From positions 32,984,001 to 33,048,000 of the forward strand of contig CM120642.1 in NCBI GenBank assembly GCA_051362555.1: DNA of 64,000 bases. The letters run 5' to 3'. A model generated the notes under the pieces. That model was not told the DNA's origin. It did not search any database and was given only the letters and a program-made list of their open reading frames with translations. This DNA comes from Lingula anatina. Lineage: Eukaryota; Animalia; Brachiopoda. The position numbers were made by a program, and so were the translations under genes. Shown here one piece after another: positions 49,460 through 62,835 of this stretch (positions within the stretch are counted from its first letter, which is position 1; the number at the start of each line of letters is the position of its first letter).

Positions 49460-52194
49460 ATGTCGGACCAAGATGGCGACCAAGAAATGGTAGACTTGGA
49501 CCAGTACAAGAAAGAGTACGAGAACAACAAAGAGTGGGAAATGCGGCGGCGGTTCCTGGAATGTCACTGGGGAAAGTATCCCCTTGAGAGGCTGCTGTGT
49601 CTGTCTCAGTGCTTCATCAATATAGAATGTATGGGCTGCCGCTACCCGGCTCAAGTTCAGGCGGAGGTAGAATGTTTCTGAAAAATTTATTCACAGAAAA
49701 TTGTTCTACAGTTTGTCACGTGTTACATAAGACATGAGCTTTTTTCGTGGAAATCGGAATTCCACATTTTTTAATTTAATTTTGATGGTTCCTGAGATTC
49801 ATCAAGGTTAGGTGTTGGGTCCCATGATGAATGTTCAGTTATTTTTTTTAACCTAGGCTCATGTCTGCTACATGAACCTGTTGATATTGTAACTGAAACA
49901 TTCATTGATATGGCTTGGATGGGTTGTAACCTGATCATGTGTTATCCAGCTTTTATTTTCTCCTAGGTAAAAACTCTGTCCAAAGCCATGCAGACTTAGC
50001 ACTCAGATATTTTGCCATTTTTTAACCAAAGATAATAAATTTTTTCACAGTTGGCCACATGTAGCTGAAACATTAATTCATATAACAAAAATTGGTTGAT
50101 ACATGAGCATGAAAGTGACATTTTTTATCCAGCTCTTGTTTTTTTTCTCCTAGGTAAAAGCTCTGTCCGAGGCCATGCAGACGGAGCTGTCAGAGCACAG
50201 GGCACAAAGACAGGAGCTCACTGGGGTGAAGTTTGTCAAGTCCACTCTACCTGGTGACCAGCCAGTGACCGAGGGTCAGCAGAGTCACACCTCCAGTTTA
50301 GGTATTGTACGTTATCGGATTTTGGTTGCTTTATGTGTTACAAATTTTGGTACTTTTGCAATACTCCCACCTGCAATTTACTTACTAATTTTTTGTGAGA
50401 TCCCTGAAGCCTGTTCAATTATGATGGGGCTGGGGTCATTTCAAGGGTGAAAATTTGCTGTAATTCCATTGATCAAAGAGCTTGAAAAGTTTCTTGTAAA
50501 AATTCTTATATGGGTTTGGTGAGAAAACTGCAGAAGCACCAATTTTCATCTTAAATGAAGTGTACATTTGTGCAGTCTGTACCCATTTATATACTAGTTG
50601 TGAACCATATTTTGTTGTGATATGCATGTTAATGTTTGTTTTCAAATAATTAGCTATTTTATCAGCTATTAGCAATATATTGTTCAACTTTTAAGGAGGG
50701 TCAAGGTTTTTGTGCGTGGTATCTCAGCACCCCTAGTTTTTGTTTTGAGTGGGTAAAGTAATATTCACAATAGTAAAATAAAACATTGATGAGTGAAAAT
50801 CTGCCATAGGCAATGATACTCATTTATTGTGGCTTGCCTAATTTATTCAGACTTTGAATTAATTCCTAGGGGGCCCCAGTGTAGACCATAAGCAAGAGGA
50901 GCTTGACATTCCATCAGGATCAAGAAAAGCCAAACAGACTCCTTTACCATGTGTAACACAGGGTGCTTCAGAAACGGATCAAAAATTTGTAGAACTGTCA
51001 AATTTTGTGAAAGAGTTCATGAAATTAAAGAAAAATGCCATTGAGACTCTGCACATGGCTATGGACAAGACGAGAATGACTTCTTCTTGCAACTTCACAT
51101 GTGACGCCACTCATGGGTTTCAATGTGAAGTGCTGATAGATTTTGTGTCAGTTGCTAAAGGTGTTGCCTCTTCAAAGAAAGCAGCCAAGCATGATGCATT
51201 TGAAAATGCTCTGAAGGCACTGAACTGTAGATATTTACATGTAGATAGACTAAACCCCGAAAGACAAGAGTTGAAAACATCTGACCGGCCATTCCACCAA
51301 AAACAGTCAAATTCAGGAATGGTGAAACTAGGTCAGTCGCCAGGTGTCGCCGCCATGGGTATGAGGTCCAGGAAAAGATCAGCTAGTCAGTTTTCCAACC
51401 CCGAGCTAGAGTTTTTTATTCTCGAACCAAAAGATAAGTCCAATTCAGTCAACCCTGTGATGATTTTAAGACAGAGTGCTGACTTCAGCAAAGTCCCGTT
51501 GGAATATAACTTCCAGGAGGACCCTGCTGGAAGAGTGCGTTGTCGGTTATTTCTTGGTGGCGAGCTGATGGCTGACTGCATGGACATCAGCAAGAACAAA
51601 GTCAAGCTGCAAGCTGCCCAGAAAACCTTGGACAGTTTAAAGGAAGACTACTGGACCATCCTGGTCAAGCAGAACGAGGATTGTGATGACCCTGGATTGA
51701 CCAAAGAGGAACTCTTGGGTGACCAGGCCATGGCAAGTGATAAGATCCAAGAGGACAATATTGGTAACCAGTTGTTAAGGAAGATGGGGTGGACGGGTGG
51801 GGGTGTGGGGAGAGGGGGGCAGGGGAGGGCCGATCCGGTCACACTGAGCACAGTGATCAACAGGGAGGGGCTGGGAATGGCGGCAGACAAGGGGATTACC
51901 AAGGATTTCTGCACCAAAGTCCGTGAAATCATCAATAAGTATGTGAAATCAGACAATCAGAATGACCTGGCGTTCAGTCCAGAATTCACCAAGGAGGAGA
52001 GAGCCATCATTCACAAAGAGTCTCAAAAGCTAGGACTGAAAAGTCACTCCCATGGCCAAGGGGAAGTGCGCTACCTTATTCTAAGTCGGAAAAGGAGCGC
52101 CAAGCAGCTTTTTACACATATTTTTCAAAGTGGGGGTGTTACTAGCAAGTACGAATTGGTGCCACCTATCAAAAAGCCTGGAGAACAAAAATAA
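49460..52194 (+). CDS. NKRF: NF-kappa-B-repressing factor orthologue, 3 exons (49460-49666, 50154-50301, 50870-52194), about 559 aa
   Basis: XRN2-binding domain (EWEMRRRFL..LLCLSQCFINIECMGCRYP), two dsRBD-like segments, G-patch (EDNIGNQLLRKMGWTGGGVG) and R3H (EERAIIHKESQKLGLKSHSHG). Confidence 0.9.
49942..49999 (+). repeat. Upstream duplicate of the NKRF exon-2 acceptor and exon start
   Basis: ttatccagc..tctcctag|gtaaaaactctgtccaaagccatgcagac versus the real ..tctcctag|gtaaaagctctgtccgaggccatgcagac at 50154. Confidence 0.85.
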
Positions 52195-53332
52195 ACGGAA
52201 TATTTTTTACAGAGATTTATGTTCGTTTTGGCTAACTCTGATGACTATGTATTGTGGGATATTAAACTTCATAGACGCTGGCAGGAAGTCTGAAGTAAAC
52301 GGAGGATGAAAACGAAGTTGGTTTGAATTGAAGTTTTTGGTCATCTGTCATTAAACTTTGAAATGCAAAGTTAATTTTATTTTATTTTTATTTATAATTT
52401 TTTGGGGGGCTACTCATGGTGGCCTTCAGTTGTGGCATGTGTAGCACTCCAAATATCAAAGATGCATCGTTTTGTAGCCTTTAATTTGCAGTTTATATGT
52501 TTGGCAAGGTGCTTCATTTTAGTTCAGGTAACATTTGTCATTTACCTATAGAGTGGAAACGGCTAGTCAATTAATGTTAACATTTTCTTATATTCCTTAT
52601 GCCTTTTTTTTTCAAAACAGAATTTTAAGAAAATGTAAAAAACAATAATTGTTTTTAGTCCTGATAAATATGGTACAACTGGGGAATCATTTTAATAAAT
52701 TGTATATGACTATTGTAAAGATATGGTATGGCAGTAAGGCCCATGCGTTATTTATTTCGTTTTGGGGGGACAAATTTGGTGAAGACAATTCCGCATGATT
52801 ATTCAGACCTTCTGATAATTATTTTATGATAATTATGATTATCGATAGCTACATTACCGCGAGGAATCGGGACACAGGGATTCTGTATTTTTGGTTTTAT
52901 CCCAGCTGAAGTAATACTCAGTAAATCACTTAGGCGGTAGATGTGTCGCCGTTCTTTCTTTTCAAAATCATATGTCACACTGAGCTACTGTCACTACTGG
53001 TACAGTAGCTTCATTTTGTACAACTTAATTACTCCTCTCTTCTTACCGCTGTTTTTCGTATATCAATTTATAAAGCAGTCCCTTCTTATAAGATTGACAG
53101 TAGACAGTAATGAAGATGTGGCTGATCCGCAGTAAATGGTCGTTCATCATTAAGCACATTAAAACCAGCGGGAAGTCCGTCCGTTGAATTAGGAGAGAAC
53201 CGCATGCAATCTCGTGATTGTTCAAACTATTTATAACGGCCATAGCTAAACCTTATTTGTCAGTCAAATTGTCAATCGGTGGAATAAAAGGTCACGCAGC
53301 TGTGACGCAACCAGCTTTAGAGACCATCCCTA

Positions 53333-53566
53333 GACCCTATCGTACTAACTGTGGATCGATCTATCTCCAAGGAGATTCTCGCTAAATTGCAATCAACTTA
53401 AATGTTTTGCACGCCTGCTGAATCTGTAAGGGGTAATTAACTATCGTTTAGCAGCTTTAGTCGGTGTGCCAAACATCTAAGCCGCTTAAGCTGAAAGCAA
53501 GTTATCGAGAAACCCCTTGGAGATGGATCGATCCTGTTCGATCGGCCTAGGTATGGGAACCCAGTC
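53333..53566. mobile_element. Degenerate relative of MITE family B
   Basis: gatcgatctatc, gctaaattgc and ggggtaattaact motifs; tatgggaacccagtc end shared (inverted) with 59623. Confidence 0.6.
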
Positions 53567-54237
53567 TTAGTTCCAAGATAGTGCGGCTGCTTCGGATTCA
53601 AATGAGGAACTTTGTGGCATCGAAGTCGGTATGAAGTTCGATTTTGCGGTTACACGCAAACCTGCCTTGTTTGTTGCTTTGAAAGTAAACCTATATGACA
53701 GCTTGAACTATTTATCGATGTCGCTATATTTACCCAGTTGAATAATTCACAGTTCAAATCACGATATAAATATTTATACTAGGATTAATATTGATGGTTA
53801 GATACGACTATTATTTCATGGAAATGGCACCAAAAGCCACTTGGCTGGCGTGGCTTCAGACTTCACATATTATAACAAGGCATGCGATATAGTTATCTTA
53901 CAATGCTCATATCAGACGTCAAAATTGCTGATTTTTCTAAATCCCGTTTGAACTTCCATCAATTTTTAACTCACGAAAACGAATGGGTTCATAAAACGTG
54001 TATTATTCAACTAATATTTAATTTAGAGTGCAATTTGTGCTCCAAAGTAAGAAGAGATACTGAATTCAGAAGTGTGATATATAGACAAACAATATTATAA
54101 TATGTCATATTTCTGACAGCAACTCGTGGACAAACATCAATTCTTTATTACATATATTCTTGTATTATGCACCTAAGGAAAACTGGTCAAAGATAGCAAG
54201 AAAATGCCCACCATATGCATAAATTTCAAATCACTTA

Positions 54238-54463
54238 GGGTGCTTTCCCAGAGATTTAGATCGATCTAAAGATTAAGTTTTAGATCGACCTAACTCCCTG
54301 GGGGTTCACGCTAAATTGCAGTCAGCCGAGCGGGCACCATAGTTAATTACCCCCTAACAGCTTTTAGTAGGCGGGACAGACGCTTAAGCCGGCCAAGCTG
54401 ACAGTAATCTAGTGAGACTCCCCACAGGGATAGATCGATCTAAAAATCTATGGAAATGGGGTG
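54238..54463. mobile_element. MITE family B copy, TTA TSD
   Basis: tta-gggtgctttcccagagatttagatcgatc ... atggaaatggggtg-tta. Confidence 0.85.
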
Positions 54464-57400
54464 TTAGCTACAAATTTCTGAATATTCACTTATGCAAATG
54501 ATCTTACTAAAGGGAATATTTCATATGTGCTGAGGACCTGTCATCAATGGTAGACCGCTATATCACCAACTCATAGCCTACCCACCACCCCCCATACACC
54601 CACACCCACCCTTTACAGGAGGGTAGGGTAAATCTAAAAAAATAATCATTTTTGGGGTCGAAATTTGATGCTGAACACACATCTAGCACTTATTTCTTTC
54701 TACAACAATTATTTAGGTCGATAAATTTTCAAATTTTCAATTTTCAAAATGGCAGCTAAAACGGCCTACCCAGAGTTTCATCAACAATAGTCATATAGTG
54801 TGCCATATGCCTTTTCTTACGCTTTATGTGTTGTATAATCCATTTATGATGTTCTACTGCCATCTAACTAAACAGAGCATTAACACTGTATATATGAGCC
54901 TAATAGAAAAAGCGACGATAATGGCCTTGGTTTGAAAAAAGACCTGCTTGACTGTGCTGCGGGTAAAAGATCTGCAGTGGTGATTGAATCGCATCTTCAC
55001 TGACACCCGTATGTCATCAAAACGCCATACAGGCCCACGACTGAAAAATAAAAAGTGCTGAAAATTTTCAGAATGGCAGACAAATTTAAAACGCATATTT
55101 TACAGAACGACTCAAGATAAATTTCAACCTATGCCAGCGGGTTGCTGGTTGACTTTTAAGGATCTAAAGTATATACAACCCTTAAAAAGATCTTTTTAGA
55201 CCGTTAGATCACTTCTATCTGTCTAGCAGCTCCTTAAGCCCGAAAGACCCACCCACCCATCCCAAATATTTCCAACTTTTCACCCCCCCCACCACCCGTG
55301 TCCTTCAGACATTCTTCCAGAACAAAGTATTCAATGTTTTCATTTTGGCTTATGTCAAAAAACTTGATGCAGATCAGTAAGTCCGTTGTTTTTCTGGTTG
55401 TACATACAGCCCGTAGCGGTAGAGATTTATGTAAATGTTTACTTGAAAGAACCGTTAATATTTGTTCACTGCATGGAAATACAGTGTTACATTACATAAC
55501 AACTATTTCTCTGGGGCAATTTTTGCTGCTTGGTAGAAGACACCAGTAGATCTTCTGCCTTAAGGCTATGGTGCGTTGTCCGCGTCCTTCAAGACATCTT
55601 GATTTTGCTCGTAATTCAATATAGCATGAAACAGATTGAATGAATGAATGCATTGTTTTTTTAAATCTATTTGGCACGACATTGCTATCTGTCAGCTTAA
55701 GGCCTTGATCCAGACTAACACACATTCTGAAAACAGTGATGAGAAAAAAAGATGTTTCACCAATGTAATTGTTTTTCATCAACCGTTACGCCTTAACCTA
55801 AAAGTGCCGTATTAAAAATAACTATATCCATTGTTGGTAAGCCTACTGATTATCAAAATTGTCTGCAGAAAGTAGATTAGTTTTCATGTTTGAAATTGTG
55901 TTCGACTTCGTTGTCACGCTTGGCAAGCTAGGTCTGTTTTTTTTTTCCTTTTTTTTCAAAAAAAAAATCTGGTGACACATTTGGATCCCAATTTCCAGAT
56001 AATAGTAAAACCATACTGTTTTCTACTTGCTTGGGGCTCTCAAGAGAACAACTTTGTGAAGTAGTAGAGGCTGGCCTGATAATTTTCAAAGCTCCCCAAA
56101 ATAGTTTTTGTTTTGTGACTTTGCTTTAGTTATGTAACAGTGTGATAAACGAGCTGCCGACCAGAAACTGTGATTGCGTCTGTTGCCATAATTGCTAGAA
56201 ACCGATACAGGGTTATAGGTTCTAAAATGGGCCCGTCAAGCAATTATGTCACACGTATTTTTTGTTGTGGTGCAGCATTCCTACCTCAATTGTAGTATAA
56301 TTTTTCTAAATTCGCAGACGTGATAACAGAGAAAATTGGTCCACAGTTCCACTTCCATTTTTTTCATAAACTAAAGCTGTAATAGATCGCCTTTGAATGA
56401 TCATCTCTTCTCTTCCAACGAAATCTGAATGCTAGAAAATAAGAGGTGTCGACTGAACGCAATGCATATCTATTCATTAATTTTATTCATGCATGGAAAT
56501 GCTGAAATATAAAGGCAAAGTGTACTAATTGAACTGTATGGTAGTATGTGGGTAGTTACGTGTAAGCAAGTGTTTGTACTAAGTAGCCTAATGTTTAGGT
56601 CTCAAGTTAAAAAAACAGTATGCTGTTGAGTCTTTCCTTTCTAACAATGTAAAAAAACATCCCCTACTATCCATGTAAAAACAACACATATTTGTCATAA
56701 AGCAAGGTTGTCGCTTGGCAGTATCGACCTGGATGGGGGGGGGGGGGGGGGGGCAAGGGGGGACGAGAGGGTACCCACCCATATCCCCAATGAATAAAAA
56801 CAGAAGCCTGGGTGAACCCTTTGAAATGATTGCTACCTTGTTTTGTACCTGCCAAACCCTTCATGTTGAAATTAAGGGTGGCGTGCGAATCCAATCTTTT
56901 CTACAGCCAATGAAACCTAAAATTTATCGCGCAAAGAGTTTCAGTATCACCTGGCTGATCAGAAGGCCCTATCAGCACGACTATGTTTGATTATTGTAGG
57001 TCTATATATCCCTCCTGACCTTTCCTCATACTGCACAGAAAAGCAAACCGCTGGCAGACAAATGTCTACATAATTTGCGTCGCTGCCAGTTTACCCTGTT
57101 CGACGATGCTAATCACAAAAATCAAATACGTGCAAAGAGTGCCTTCGTAATCCGTCGACATGAACTCATTCAGATAAACTCGGTAATTATAATTGGCGTT
57201 TCATATTATGTTTAAGACTTCTGACAAATGTAATAAAAGAGTCATTCTCTCGAAAGTATCATATTACAACATGAGTTATTGATTGATTGATTCAGCGACT
57301 CCATTTTCATCTGAAATGTGAACGATAAAAATACAGAGTTCACCTTAATTTGCCATGTCATATTTCCCTCAGCCAGTCGCTTCTCTTTTTGATTCGAGTA

Positions 57401-57622
57401 CCGCTAGAAATGCCATGGCAACAACGAAACGTCGTCGTTAAGGAAATACGTCAGCAGCGCACGTTATTTCAACACGCACGTGCATGCACTGCCACCACAA
57501 CGTGACAACCGTTCCTACGTTACGATAAATAAAAACTAATGATACCCTAATCAGTTGGACGAAGCTGCTGTAGTAAGGATACTACTTGCAAAAACCGGCA
57601 GTGCGACCCCCGTATTTTCCTT

Positions 57623-57628
57623 TATAAG
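57623..57628 (+). promoter_or_regulatory. Candidate TATA box for the gene starting at 57724
   Basis: TATAAG about 100 nt upstream of the ATG in a CpG-richer segment. Confidence 0.35.
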
Positions 57629-57723
57629 GCGCCAGCTGACTGCAAATCTAGCGCACAACTCAGAGTATGCATCGCAGTCTGTATTCATCGATTTCCCTGT
57701 GCTAAAACGTCTATGCCGATAAC

Positions 57724-57906
57724 ATGGGGAAAGCAGAGGACAGTACTGATAGGGATAATGAAGCCAATGAACCTATGGCCCAGTGGAAAGAAAATGAAGC
57801 ACAGGATGAAATTTCATCGAAGAAGACCTCAGAAAGAAGCGCCGAGCGAGCGTTCCGTCGTCGGGTAATTCTGCAGACAGCTCTAACGTACGGTTACCTG
57901 TGCCAT
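57724..57906 (+). CDS. Probable first coding exon of a membrane protein (possibly an MFSD4-like MFS transporter); later exons not found in the window
   Basis: ATG in good context (aacATGG); 61 codons with a charged N-terminus, basic cluster RRR, then the start of a hydrophobic stretch; ends at a phase-0 GTAAGT donor. The family assignment is only a weak resemblance. Confidence 0.45.
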
Positions 57907-59622
57907 GTAAGTAGAATCAATGTTGTAAGTTAGCTCAGCGTTTATAGGTCCTTCTGTTTGCTCTAAAGATTACACCACTGGCAAATTTCAAAACAGTAAT
58001 CTGTGTGTGCTTGTGGTTAAAAAGACAACTCCAAATAATTATTAGATTGCGCCTTGCTCGTGGAAGGTTTTGAGCCTTGGCAGTGCACAGCGTTGCGGCA
58101 AACTAGAACCGGTTGTCACTGGTTTAAAAAGACGTACGAAAAAAGATGGCTTATTGATTTGTTCAGAATCGGTCGACTTTGCAGTGTTTACAGTTACTAT
58201 ATATAGTCATTTATGCACATGAATGCAAAATGACCCCCCCTTATCATTTTGCAAGATCCGCTGATTCCCTCGTGGCAGTGTTGAGGTGAAGGTTAAAAAG
58301 TAGATCATAATTTGCTGTAATATGTTTCTACGTCGAAAACAACACAATGGCAAATCTAGCTGTATGATACCATAGTACCGTGCGTTGTAGGGGGTTAGTT
58401 TACGATCAGCGTGAAAGCGGGTGACTTGGGGTCAGAAAAACATTTGCATTTTATCTCCGTCGGGCCAGGAACCCAAGAGAAACACACCGATGAAAAAGCT
58501 GACACCCCGACTTTTGTGTCTGTGCTGTTTTTTTAACTCCAGTGAACAAGAAAATCCAATGTGATCTTTTCGTAAATGCACTGTGTGTGTTACATTGTAC
58601 ACAAGAATTTTCGCTATTGGCTTTATTTTTTCTTTTGCATGCTGATTTTCAGGTAAAGAAAGATAGGAAAAGTTAATGTTTGGAAAACACTTGACGAAAA
58701 ATGGGAACTAGTGATTCAAAAAGATACGGCAGTCGCATGATTTAAAACGCTCTCTTCAGCTGTGAATAACATTCACTGTCAGCATGACTCATTAGCAGAT
58801 ACAGTGCCGGTTTAAAAACAAACAAAAAAATAACGACAAATGAGAAAACTAAATAACTTATCCCAGTTTCTATTCACCGTTAAATTTGCGAAAAGTGTTG
58901 TGTATGCCTATGATTACCAGCATAATATCTTTTCAAATCAGAAAATAATAATCACACCCATATCAATAGATTAGTTAATGAGCAGTAGAGATGGAACAGA
59001 AACAGTGTTAAGCAAGCATTCCCAACAAAACCATAGAATAGCAGACATCAAGTAAATATCCAGTATTTTCCAGTCGTGGGGTATATTACGTAAGACACAA
59101 AATCTAAAATTAGACTTACAAACTTGGATTGTGTCTGTAATTCTTCGGAAGGCACGCTCCGGCGTGAAACAACATATCATTATTCGGTGGATATTTAGGT
59201 CTCATGTTTTTTTCTTTTGCCCCCCCCCCCCCCCCTTCCCAACAAAAAGATTAATAAATTTATAAATAAAATAGACCCCTACCTTGGGACACTACACTAC
59301 TGATGGACAGTATAAACGGCTACTTCAAGCTTCCTTGTACAAACATTTATCCATCCTTTTATATTTGTTTATTTATTATTTAATTTCCAGAGCAATGCCT
59401 GTCAGTGCCTGATGGACTAACAAGAAAATTGTATCACTGGCCTTAGTTATGCCACCAGCTTGTGTCACCAGTGTTAGCCATTTCTTAATCAATCAAACTG
59501 TATTGGTTCCAGCAATTATACAGAGGTTAATACCTAACGATTATGTAATACAACAATGACACATGTTAATCTAAGTAAAGGAGGACACACGAACACACAT
59601 CAAACAACTAGTGGTACCCTTA

Positions 59623-59724
59623 TACTGGGTTCCCATACCTAGATCGATCTAACGAGGGGGGGGGGGGGGGTTCGCTAAATTGCTTTCAGCTTAAGCTGCT
59701 TAGATGTCTGGCACGCCTACTGAA
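59623..59724. mobile_element. Truncated family-B-related MITE
   Basis: actgggttcccatacctagatcgatcta..gctaaattgc; similarity stops at a CACTG motif at 59725. Confidence 0.55.
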
Positions 59725-61180
59725 CACTGCATGAAAAATCAGCTTTTATAAATCTTGAAAGGCGATCAAAAGGCCTCCTTTTATTCACCTTCTCACACCT
59801 TTCCTAGACCTTTCGTTTTTTTAGGAAAGGTGTAAAAGACGATCTTTTGAATGACTTTTGTATAAGTGAAAAGGTATACAAATGGCCCACTTTTCTTCAC
59901 CTTTTCTCTACACAAAAGTTTAACTTTCATAAACCTTTTGCTGCAAAAAGACGATCTTTTGCTTGAAGAAAAGGTATTCTCAAGTTCATCATTCATCAAC
60001 TTTTTGCATGCTAAAAGGCATATGAATGACCCATATTTCTCTACCTTTTCCTGCTAAAAAGTCCAACTTTCAGATGCCTTTTGTGCAACTTTTCAGATAC
60101 AAAAGATAACCTTTTAAAACCTTTTCATTTAAGAAAAGACTGCATTTTACCTTCTTTTGTTACGTATTTTAATGTAATATTTATTGCGGCGATTTAATAA
60201 TATATTGATAAACAGAACAACACATGGTATAAATTTTAATAATTTATTCCATTATAACATTTTGTGCTGGTTGCGCTTGTCTTTTGAAAGTTTTTTGATA
60301 ATCCAAGGAAATTTGATTTTTTGTTTTGATAATCCAAGAAAGGCCCAGGAAATGTTCTCTAAATGTACTTTCAGCCAGATCCACTAGTCCTACTATATAT
60401 GCGTAACTTCCCGCTCTCCTGGGAGTAGTTTTCCTGGAATCGTCTGTCAAGTGAACACTTTGCCTGCCCAAATCTTTGCCTTTTGCCTCCTGAAAAATAG
60501 GATGCATGTAATGATAAATGCTGTTTTGGATAACAGTTCATTTTAATGCTAATCAAATATGATAAAACAATGGCAACTTTTATGATGTTAGAAGTATTTT
60601 CAAACTATGGACTTAAAGCCATCAAATGCTTAAAAGAGAGATTTTACAAGGTTTAAACATGATTCTATAATAGTACCTCCTTCCTTCTTTTCCATATTTT
60701 TTGTTTCAGCTCATCCAGTCCTTTTGCTTGTTTTAGAACATCCTCCTACTTTTCAGATCTGTAGTATCTTTTAATGGCACCTGGTAAATAAATTAAAAGA
60801 GTGAATTATTTGAGTGTAATATCATGCAAAAAGTTTTCAATTAGGGAAATATGAATAATGAAATAGCTACAAGTAATGATGAAAATATGCATTCATGATT
60901 ACTGCTAGGCAACTTGATTGGGCCTTGTACATAACTTATATAAGCTCCTGTATTACATACCCCATTCTTCTCTTCCAATTTTTTTTGCCTTAGTCCATCC
61001 ACTTTGTTTGTTTGTTTTATGTGCTGTTCAGACAGCCTGTCTTTTAATAGCATCTGGAAAAGAAATAGATATTTTAAGATAGTGAATTATTTTAGTGTAT
61101 CATACAAACAGTTTTCATTAATGAAAATATGAATGCTGAAATAACTACATGCAATGATGAAGATATTAATGATTACTGCT
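59725..61180 (-). mobile_element. Possible decayed CACTA/EnSpm-like element with AAAAGG-rich subterminal region and degenerate exon remnants
   Basis: CACTGCATGAAAAA start, many aaaagg/cctttt motifs, and stop-containing exon-like segments at 60676-60780 and 60960-61053. The other terminus was not found. Confidence 0.3.
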
Positions 61181-61597
61181 TAGGGTTCATACAGCAACAT
61201 AAAAGCAAATTGAATGACTTCTGAGGCTCTAAATCAATAACTTTTCAATAACTCAATGCGCCATACTGTCATTTTTAAGTTTGCATAGAAAAGAGGTGCA
61301 TCATTCACACAAACTTTGTATTTTAATGATAAAGAAACATGAGAAAAAAATTGACAGATTAAAAAGGGCATTCCCCCAGCATGTCTGCATTGAGGTTAAA
61401 AACAAGGTTTGAAATAATCATTCGACAAATTTCTAACTGATCAAATCCCAGAATTTTTTAGGGAAAAATGATAAATACAAGCCCTTTGTAAGGCTAATAA
61501 CAATTTCAAGTACTTTTAAAGTCATAAACAGACTGAATACATGTACAAGGGGCAATATATACTAGATTCAAGCACATAAAGTGCTGTATGAACCCTG
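61181..61597. mobile_element. MITE with AGGGTTCATACAGCA TIR
   Basis: 15-bp perfect inverted repeat at both ends; no clear TSD. Confidence 0.7.
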
Positions 61598-62620
61598 CGA
61601 GTGAACCAGTGCATTGATTATATAACCCTGCCTGGAATTTAGGTCAAGGAATGTAGGTCGACTCTATGGGATTAATACAGGCCAGTTATATACATGTACA
61701 GAATCTTTACTTGTACGCGGGGCCGTACTTTGACGTAAACTTTTTGCAGTGTTCTAATAAATAGGACAGAGTGTTTGATTAACAATTGTTTCACGATCGT
61801 GATAATCTTTTTTCAGCACGGTCTGTTCTTCGTGCATAAAACCCATCTTGGGCGTCCGTGACACGGTTGTTTGTTCCCTTATTATGATTGATTCAAATGT
61901 TATATTAGACCTACCTGATGCATTTACTCATTCTCTTCATCCTCCTCAGTTAAATTATCGCCGCAACAAATGCCATCTTGCAAAGAAGTCGACCATAATC
62001 AATACGGTGGCTTGGAAATTATATACTGTAACCGGCCTACACAGACTTACAGTCCGCGCATTTTTAACCGCCTGGCCTTGCGCATGCGCAGATAGTATGT
62101 AATGGGATATCTTTCGCGCCGATTCTCTAGCATTGACCTATAATGCAGTATTAATGGCAGAAAAGCTCGCACGGCAACCTTTTACTTCGTGTTTTACTCA
62201 ATACTAAAACAGCAAGAGACAATAATATAGATCACTAAACACGGGGCAGACGGTCATCGTTTTACAAGGTAGGTGATATAGTGATTTCAGTAATGTTCGC
62301 ACAGTGTATGTTAACACAAATTATAGCAAAGCATGCTTCTGGGATTAAAGCGGGAATCTTTCTCGACGCACTGCATGTTGCAGGGTAATTTAGCCGTCTC
62401 TCGAGAAAGGATCGAGTTATACTGAGTTTCATTGGGCTTGGCTTTTGTCTGTTCTAACGTTTGACCTGTTACTCACTGTGGATTTTTGAAATATACAGTA
62501 TGTGCACGTCCACGATACAGGGTAACAACAAGGGGTTGTCATTTTTAAAAGTGTTAGAATATTCCCATGTGTTGGATTACAAGGGGGTGCTTTAATGTGA
62601 AAGGGGATGGATTCAACTTA

Positions 62621-62835
62621 GACCCCATTTCCAGAGATTAGATCGATCTACTTTAGATCTACCTAACTCCCTGGGGGTTCACGCTAAATAGCTGTCAGCC
62701 GAGTGGACACGAAAGTTAATTACCCCCTTACAGCTTGTAGTAGGCGGGACGGACATTTAAGCCGGATTATCTGACAGTAATCTAGTGAGACTCCCCGTGG
62801 GGATAGATCGATCTAAAAGGTCTGGGAATACAGCC
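62621..62835. mobile_element. MITE family B copy, TTA TSD
   Basis: tta-gaccccatttccagagattagatcgatcta ... tctgggaatacagcc-tta. Confidence 0.85.
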
